This document shows positions 6,817 through 12,211 of a stretch of DNA of 12,211 nucleotides, one piece after another; position 1 is the first letter of the stretch, and each line of letters opens with the position of its first letter. This DNA comes from Calditrichia bacterium (GTDB lineage: Bacteria; Calditrichota; Calditrichia; RBG-13-44-9), in contig JARRQT010000136.1 of assembly GCA_037381445.1 (NCBI GenBank), positions 1-12,211 on the forward strand, in the 5' to 3' direction. The notes under the pieces were generated by a model, which saw only the letters and a program-made list of their open reading frames with translations, did not search any database and had not been told where the DNA came from. The translations under genes were made by a program, and so were the position numbers.

Positions 6817-8685
6817 ATGAAATCGAAGAAAAAGGAAAACAAGTTTAAGGCATTAAACCAGCATATTGCGCGACTGGAAAATAGAATCGGTCATTTGGAA
6901 AGGCTGAGCAGCCGTTATGGCTGGATCAGGCTGGCGACCGTCCTCATCGGGGCGGCGGGCACATTCCTGGTGTATCATTTCAGCGCTGAATGGTTCAGCT
7001 GGACGGTGCTGGCCCTCTTCGTCATCATTTTTCTGGCCCTGGGATATTTTCACCGCCGACTGGATGAAGGCATCGGCAGGCACAAAATTTGGCTCGAAAT
7101 CAGAAAAGCGCACCGGGCCCGCATGAGTCTGGACTGGGGAAATATCCCGGGGCCGATTACCGGATCCACCGGGCGGGAGCATCCCTTCGAAAGTGATCTC
7201 AACTTAACGGGGCAGCGCTCCCTTCATCAGCTAATTGACACAGCCGTTTCGGAAGGGGGAAGCCGGCGCCTTCGCTCCTGGCTGCTGGCGACTGTTCCGG
7301 ATTTATCCGACCTGGAGCACCGCCGGGGGATTGTGCGGGAACTGACGCCAAAATCACTTTTCCGGGACAAACTGCGGCTGAATGCTCTCGATGCAGCCAA
7401 AAATTCCAGGGAAGGTCTTCAGATTGAAAGACTGTTAACCTGGCTGCAAAAACAGGAAATCAGGTCCCTGAAATTTTCCCTGATACTGTTGGCGGTTCTT
7501 TCTGCCGCCAATATCGTTTTGTTTATTCTGCACCAATTCTCAATCGTGCCCGCAATCTGGGTGTTTACATTTGTCATTTATCTCGGATTCTATTTTTTTA
7601 AGATCAGGGATTTTAAGGATCTGTTTGAAGAGGCATATCACCTTCAGAATTCCCTGCATACATTCCGCGCAGTTCTTACTTATCTGGAGAAATCTCCTTT
7701 CTCCCAAAACAGCCGGCTCTCGGAATTCTGCTCCCCTTTCCGGGAAGGAAACACACGTCCCTCGGTCTACCTGAAACGCATTTCCTGGCTGACCGGAGCG
7801 GCGGGGATTTCACAGCGAAGCCAGGTTTTGTGGCTGGTTTTTAACGCGCTGGTGCCCTGGGATTTTTATTTTTCCCACCGCCTGAATCATTACAAAGGAA
7901 TCCTGAAGATACACCTGGGTGAATGGATTGATCGCTGGTATGAACTGGAGGCGCTCAGTTCGCTGGCCAATTTTGCGGACCTGAATCCCAACTATATTTT
8001 CCCGGAGGTGATTCTCTACCCTGCCGCTGGCAACAGTCCGCTCTTTGAAACACATGAACTGGGACATCCTCTGCTGCCGGACGAGCGAAAGGTATGCAAT
8101 GACTTTTTGTTTCAAAATCCTGGAGATATTGCCATTATTACCGGTTCCAACATGTCCGGTAAAAGCACCTTCCTGCGCACGCTGGGCGTCAATCTCTGCC
8201 TGGCCTATGCCGGCGGACCGGTGAATGCGGTGAGTTTCCGGACCGTCACTTTCCGTCTTTTTACTTGTATTAACGTGAGCGATTCCCTTAACGACAGTAT
8301 TTCTTATTTTTACGCCGAGGTCCGGCGGCTGAAGGAGATTCTGAATGAATTAAAAAAGGAACATCCTTTTCCGCTCTTTTTTCTGATTGATGAAATTTTT
8401 AAGGGGACCAATAACCGGGAGCGCTTGATTGGCAGCCGATCCTATATTAAAGTGCTGACCCATGAAAAAGGAGTAGGCGCTATTGCCACCCATGATCTGG
8501 AACTTGTCAAACTTTCCGAGGGTAGTCCCAATATCCGCAATTTTCACTTCAAGGAAGAAGTCCATGGCGGCGCCATGGTGTTTGATTACAAGCTTCAGCA
8601 GGGTCCGTCGCCCACGACCAACGCCCTCAAGATAATGCAGCTGGAGGGGCTGCCCGTGGAGACGGGAAATGGGGAATGGAAATAG
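6817..8685 (+). CDS. Membrane-anchored MutS-related ATPase (MutS domain V only)
   Basis: C-terminal MutS-V motifs LGHPL, ITGSNMSGKSTFLR (Walker A), SYFYAEVRRL, FLIDEIFKGTN (Walker B), ATHD and FDYKL. Hydrophobic helices at about aa 37-78 and 220-262. No mismatch-recognition domain or Smr domain visible. Confidence 0.9.
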   Translation: MKSKKKENKFKALNQHIARLENRIGHLERLSSRYGWIRLATVLIGAAGTFLVYHFSAEWFSWTVLALFVIIFLALGYFHRRLDEGIGRHKIWLEIRKAHRARMSLDWGNIPGPITGSTGREHPFESDLNLTGQRSLHQLIDTAVSEGGSRRLRSWLLATVPDLSDLEHRRGIVRELTPKSLFRDKLRLNALDAAKNSREGLQIERLLTWLQKQEIRSLKFSLILLAVLSAANIVLFILHQFSIVPAIWVFTFVIYLGFYFFKIRDFKDLFEEAYHLQNSLHTFRAVLTYLEKSPFSQNSRLSEFCSPFREGNTRPSVYLKRISWLTGAAGISQRSQVLWLVFNALVPWDFYFSHRLNHYKGILKIHLGEWIDRWYELEALSSLANFADLNPNYIFPEVILYPAAGNSPLFETHELGHPLLPDERKVCNDFLFQNPGDIAIITGSNMSGKSTFLRTLGVNLCLAYAGGPVNAVSFRTVTFRLFTCINVSDSLNDSISYFYAEVRRLKEILNELKKEHPFPLFFLIDEIFKGTNNRERLIGSRSYIKVLTHEKGVGAIATHDLELVKLSEGSPNIRNFHFKEEVHGGAMVFDYKLQQGPSPTTNALKIMQLEGLPVETGNGEWK

Positions 8686-8829
8686 TGTGCACAATGCCTG
8701 CTTAAAACCTTATTTTGTGCGAAGTATTTGTGCGCGGTGCCGGATTCATTTTCCGGAAAATGAATCAATAAGGCAGTTTGAAACAACAATGTGTCCAGAA
8801 CATTAAACCCATAAAAAAAGGAAAATCCA

Positions 8830-9285
8830 ATGAAATTGATAAAGATTACCAATATGCTGCTGATTTTTTGCCTCCTGCCGCTGGCGGTATTTTCACAGGA
8901 TGCTCCCGTGGAGAAGAGTGAAAGTAGGGGTCTGACGGTAAAGATCACCGGGCTGAAGAACGATAGGGGCAAAGTCATGATAGCACTCTGTAATTCGGAA
9001 GAAAATTTTTCTTCGCATGAGGAAGTTTTCAGGGGCGCTGCCGTGGAAGTGGTCAATAAAGAAGCGCAGGCCGTTTTTAAAGATATTCCTCCAGGAGAAT
9101 ATGCCGTCAAGGTTTTTCATGATCAAAACGAAAACGGAAAAATGGACACCAATTTTTTGGGAATTCCCAGGGAAAAGTATGGATTTTCCAACAATGCTAA
9201 AGGAAAATTCGGCCCCCCGAAATGGAAGGATGCAAAATTCGATTTTGTCAATCCGGATACGACGCTGGAAATCCGATTGAATTAG
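8830..9285 (+). CDS. DUF2141 family secreted protein
   Basis: Signal peptide (MKLIK...LPLAVFS/Q), LTVKITGLKNDRGKVMIAL, PPGEYAVKVFHDQNENGKMDTNFLGIPREKYGFSNN, FGPPKWKDAKF. RBS AAGGA. Confidence 0.9.
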   Translation: MKLIKITNMLLIFCLLPLAVFSQDAPVEKSESRGLTVKITGLKNDRGKVMIALCNSEENFSSHEEVFRGAAVEVVNKEAQAVFKDIPPGEYAVKVFHDQNENGKMDTNFLGIPREKYGFSNNAKGKFGPPKWKDAKFDFVNPDTTLEIRLN

Positions 9286-10238
9286 CGTGACCCGGAATTT
9301 GTCCGATCAAAGTTCTGTCTTCCGGGCTTGGCCCGCAGGATGAGAAATTTCTGCTGAAGAGCAAAAAATCGCCGGCGGTCGAATTCTGTCAATGCCACGC
9401 CGGAAAAAATAATTATCATACCGACTACCGCGCGGGGATGCACAACTTCCCCGAATAAAAAATAGTCAACCACCAGCGCCACCAGCGGCGTGATGTAGAT
9501 GATCAGCGACACTGTGATGGCACTGACTTTCTGCAGCAGCCAGTAGTAGAGCGCGAAGGCCAGGGCGGAACCGACGCCGCCCAGGTAGATGACCGCAAGC
9601 CATACTTGGGCAGTCAGATGAACGCTGCCGGTATTTTCAAACAGGAAGCCGAAAATCAGGAGAAAGAAGACGCCGTGGATCATCTGGTAGAAACTGAGTG
9701 AAACATGATTGACTTCCGAGAGATATTTCTTGACAATCACCACCGCCATTCCGCCGCCGGCTGCCCCCAGGACGATGGCTGCAGTGCCATAGATGACGCT
9801 TTGGCTGAAGCGGGTCTGCAGAAGCTGATCGTAAAAAACGAGCAATATTCCTGTAAATCCCAGCAGAAGTCCGGCAAATTTATTCCATTGAAATTTCTCG
9901 CTACGGAAAAGAAAAGTCGCCCAGATGCCGGTAAAAATGGGGAAGGTGGCGAAAAATATTGAGGTGACGCCGGCGCTCAAAAATTGTTCACCCCAGTATA
10001 TCAACCCGTAATCCATTACATACATTAAAAATGCGCTGAAAAAAATATACTTGAGATGCTTTTTGTTCAGCCGGAAAGATACGCCCTTCAGCAGCATGAA
10101 TCCCAGCAGCAGGAAGGAGGCAATGGTGAAACGCAGGCCGGAACCCAGAAAGGGAGGCAGACCGCCCAGGCTGATCTTGATGGCGGCCCAGGTAGTGCCC
10201 CAGACCATGCAAAGAAATAAGAAAATGATAACCTGCAT
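9282..10238 (-). CDS. EamA/DMT family transporter
   Basis: About 10 hydrophobic segments in two EamA repeats: WGTTWAAIK, PPFLGSGLRF, YLGGVGSALAFALYYWLL, YITPLVAL, LFGE. Confidence 0.92.
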   Translation of the reverse strand: MQVIIFLFLCMVWGTTWAAIKISLGGLPPFLGSGLRFTIASFLLLGFMLLKGVSFRLNKKHLKYIFFSAFLMYVMDYGLIYWGEQFLSAGVTSIFFATFPIFTGIWATFLFRSEKFQWNKFAGLLLGFTGILLVFYDQLLQTRFSQSVIYGTAAIVLGAAGGGMAVVIVKKYLSEVNHVSLSFYQMIHGVFFLLIFGFLFENTGSVHLTAQVWLAVIYLGGVGSALAFALYYWLLQKVSAITVSLIIYITPLVALVVDYFLFGEVVHPRAVVGMIIIFSGVALTEFDRRRFFALQQKFLILRAKPGRQNFDRTNSGSR

Positions 10239-10319
10239 ATTTGCCCCACTGATAACGCTTATGTATTGTCCAGGAGTCGGGACCGATCGCCGCCGATTCA
10301 GGCTCTTCGGAGAAGGCTA

Positions 10320-10348
10320 AATATAGATTTCTCTGTGCTTAAAGACAA
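10320..10348 (-). promoter_or_regulatory. Putative sigma70 promoter of the EamA gene
   Basis: TTGTCT (10348-10343), 17-nt spacer, TATATT (10325-10320). Implies a leader of about 75 nt. Confidence 0.55.
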
Positions 10349-10499
10349 GTTTTGTTATCTTTCGGGCTCCGATTTTCTGCATGGCCATAATTGCCCATCT
10401 GGCGGGCGACCCTGACTTGAGGTTTTTGAATTAAAGGGCGTTGGAAATCAGAGATTTTTGTAAATTGAGGAGTTCGATAGCAGCGGAAAGGAGAAAATA

Positions 10500-11129
10500 A
10501 TGTTGGAATTGTATTTCATACGTCATGGTGAATCTGCGGGAAACCGTGAAGACCGTTTTCGCGGCAGACACGATTTTCAGCTCAATCAAAACGGTGTTCG
10601 TCAGGCCGAAGCTCTGCGAGATGAGTTAAGGGGCCTTCCTTTCGATGCTGTCTATAGTAGCCCCCTGAGCCGGGCGTTAAAAACCGCACAGATAATGGCT
10701 GACGGGAAAATACCGGTGACGATCCGAGACGGTTTCAACAATATTTCACTCGGCGAATGGGAAAACGAGTTCAAATCGACAATTCGTGAAAACTATCCGG
10801 ACCTCTGGCAACTGTGGAGAACCGTTCCCGAGAAGCTGGATTTTCCCGGCATGGAAACTCTGGCCCGGGTCCGCAAAAGGGCTTACAGCGCTTTGACATC
10901 ATTGATGAAGTCGCATGAGGATGGCAGAATCGCCATTGTGACGCATCGCGCAGTGCTGAAACCGCTATTCGCGGAAATGCTGAATATTCCCGAGCCCTAT
11001 TTCTGGAAATTGCACATCGATACGGCCGCCTACAGCATTGCTGAATACCTTCCGGAAAGGGGATTCACCTTTACGGTAATCAATCAGACCAAACATTTAA
11101 GGGATTTTATCCGTGAGGATCTCGGGTAG
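10500..11129 (+). CDS. Histidine phosphatase superfamily protein (phosphoglycerate mutase/CobC/PspA-like)
   Basis: IRHGES catalytic motif, YSSPLSRALKTA, LGEWE, FPGMET, second His in IVTHR. RBS AAAGGAG. Confidence 0.92.
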   Translation: MLELYFIRHGESAGNREDRFRGRHDFQLNQNGVRQAEALRDELRGLPFDAVYSSPLSRALKTAQIMADGKIPVTIRDGFNNISLGEWENEFKSTIRENYPDLWQLWRTVPEKLDFPGMETLARVRKRAYSALTSLMKSHEDGRIAIVTHRAVLKPLFAEMLNIPEPYFWKLHIDTAAYSIAEYLPERGFTFTVINQTKHLRDFIREDLG

Positions 11130-11307
11130 GTTTTTCCCGCGGAAAATCTGCGTGGTTCAAATTGCATAAGTCTCCCGCAGAGGGTCCTGTATCTTTTTCT
11201 CTTCAATTGAATCCAATTCTCAATAAGCGAACTTTTGGATGGAAGTGAGGTTAAAGTATTTCGTTTTGATGAGGCTTGCGTTTTCAATAAGAGAAAGGAT
11301 TAAAGAA

Positions 11308-11955
11308 ATGGATGAGGAATTATTGAAAAATGTGTGGATTTATTCGGAAACGAATCTTCCCACGCGCTATGGTGAGTTCAGGGTATATGTCTTCCATAAT
11401 AATTTAGATAAAAAGGAGCATCTGGCAATTGTCAACGGCGATGTTGAGGGGGAGGAAAATATCCCGGTCAGGCTGCATTCGGAATGTCTGACCAGTGAAG
11501 TGCTGGGCTCCCTGAAATGCGACTGCCGCGATCAGCTTGAATCGGCCCTGGAGTACATCGCCGAAAACGAAAAAGGCATTGTTCTTTATCTGCGGCAGGA
11601 AGGGAGGGGCATCGGCCTGGGAAACAAGATACGCGCCTACGCCCTGCAGGAAATCGGGCTGGATACGGTGGAGGCCAATCACCACCTGGGATTTCCGGAT
11701 GATCTTCGCCGTTACGATATGGCAGCTGCCATGCTTCATATTCTGGGTGTTATGTCTGTCCGGCTTCTTACTAATAATCCCAAAAAGATAAAGGGTCTGG
11801 AAGAAAACGGAATCAAGGTGGTCGAACGTCTTCCTATTGAAATTAAACCGACACCCATTACCGAATTCTATCTTCAGACCAAGGCCAGCAAGTCCGGACA
11901 TCTGCTTCATTTCGACAATGCATCTTTCGAATTTGATCTGGTCCGAAAAAATTGA
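11308..11955 (+). CDS. ribA: GTP cyclohydrolase II (stand-alone)
   Basis: LPTRYGEF, EHLA, VRLHSECLT..GSLKCDC (Zn cysteines), YLRQEGRGIGL, DTVEAN, LLTNNPKK. Start moved from 11239 to 11308 because AAAGGA precedes this ATG and the family fold begins just after it. Confidence 0.95.
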   Translation: MDEELLKNVWIYSETNLPTRYGEFRVYVFHNNLDKKEHLAIVNGDVEGEENIPVRLHSECLTSEVLGSLKCDCRDQLESALEYIAENEKGIVLYLRQEGRGIGLGNKIRAYALQEIGLDTVEANHHLGFPDDLRRYDMAAAMLHILGVMSVRLLTNNPKKIKGLEENGIKVVERLPIEIKPTPITEFYLQTKASKSGHLLHFDNASFEFDLVRKN

Positions 11956-11975
11956 CCTAAAACAAAAGGTGATTC

Positions 11976-12211
11976 ATGATTGCCTATAAGTGGATGGCAG
12001 TGGTATTTACCGTTTTAATTGCCGGTTCCGTAATGGCAAAGGAGGGAAGTATGGCGGTGAAAGTGGGAGATAATGCTCCGGATTTTCAATTAAAAGATCA
12101 GGATGGGAAAATCCGCAGCCTCGATGAATTCAAGGGGAAAAAAATTGTGCTTTATTTTTATCCCAAAGACGATACGCCGGGATGCACCGCGGAGGCGTGC
12201 AGTTTCAGGGA
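11976..12211 (+). CDS. bcp: BCP/PrxQ peroxiredoxin (5' part, truncated by the window), with N-terminal signal-like extension
   Basis: Manual translation: [78 protein letters not shown]. Contains the BCP signature [16 protein letters not shown]. Not in the ORF track because no stop is reached. Confidence 0.93.
   Translation, partial: MIAYKWMAVVFTVLIAGSVMAKEGSMAVKVGDNAPDFQLKDQDGKIRSLDEFKGKKIVLYFYPKDDTPGCTAEACSFR

Noticed and set aside
6817..8685. Calling this gene mutS or mutS2
   Set aside because: It lacks mismatch-recognition and Smr domains and has transmembrane helices.
8595..9110. 171-aa minus-strand ORF
   Set aside because: Antisense to DUF2141 and the MutS-like 3' end; no motifs.
11239..11307. 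Longer ribA start from the ORF track
   Set aside because: No clear RBS and a non-family extension; ATG 11308 has AAAGGA upstream.
11130..11307. FMN riboswitch upstream of ribA
   Set aside because: The conserved RFN segments (GGGCAGGGTGAAATTCCC, AGTCxGGATG) are not present.
11404..11910. 168-aa minus-strand ORF
   Set aside because: Antisense shadow of ribA.
1..12211. CRISPR arrays, tRNA/rRNA, transposases, integrases, defence systems
   Set aside because: No regularly spaced repeats, RNA-gene signatures or matching ORFs were seen.

Overview
Ordinary bacterial chromosomal region of moderate GC content; no taxon can be proven from the sequence. Minus-strand block: class I fructose-bisphosphate aldolase (fbaB) with its own promoter and terminator; an operon of a KtrA/TrkA RCK protein, a NusG-domain-II (DUF1312-like) protein and a Gx-transporter/heptaprenyl-diphosphate-synthase-component-I-like membrane protein; then a four-domain M16 metallopeptidase followed by a HisI-fold protein lacking its catalytic residues. 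Plus-strand block: a membrane-anchored MutS-domain-V ATPase and a secreted DUF2141 protein, a convergent EamA/DMT transporter, a histidine phosphatase, a stand-alone ribA, and the 5' part of a BCP/PrxQ peroxiredoxin missing from the ORF track. I saw no rRNA, tRNA, CRISPR array or mobile element. Best leads: the intact but apparently catalytically dead HisI paralogue next to the M16 peptidase; a BCP with two in-frame starts, each with its own RBS (exported and cytoplasmic isoforms); a KtrA with no adjacent channel, coupled to an EetA/EetB-like pair; and a 70-nt structured element upstream of the peptidase. Family assignments come from motif recognition by eye, not from database searches.
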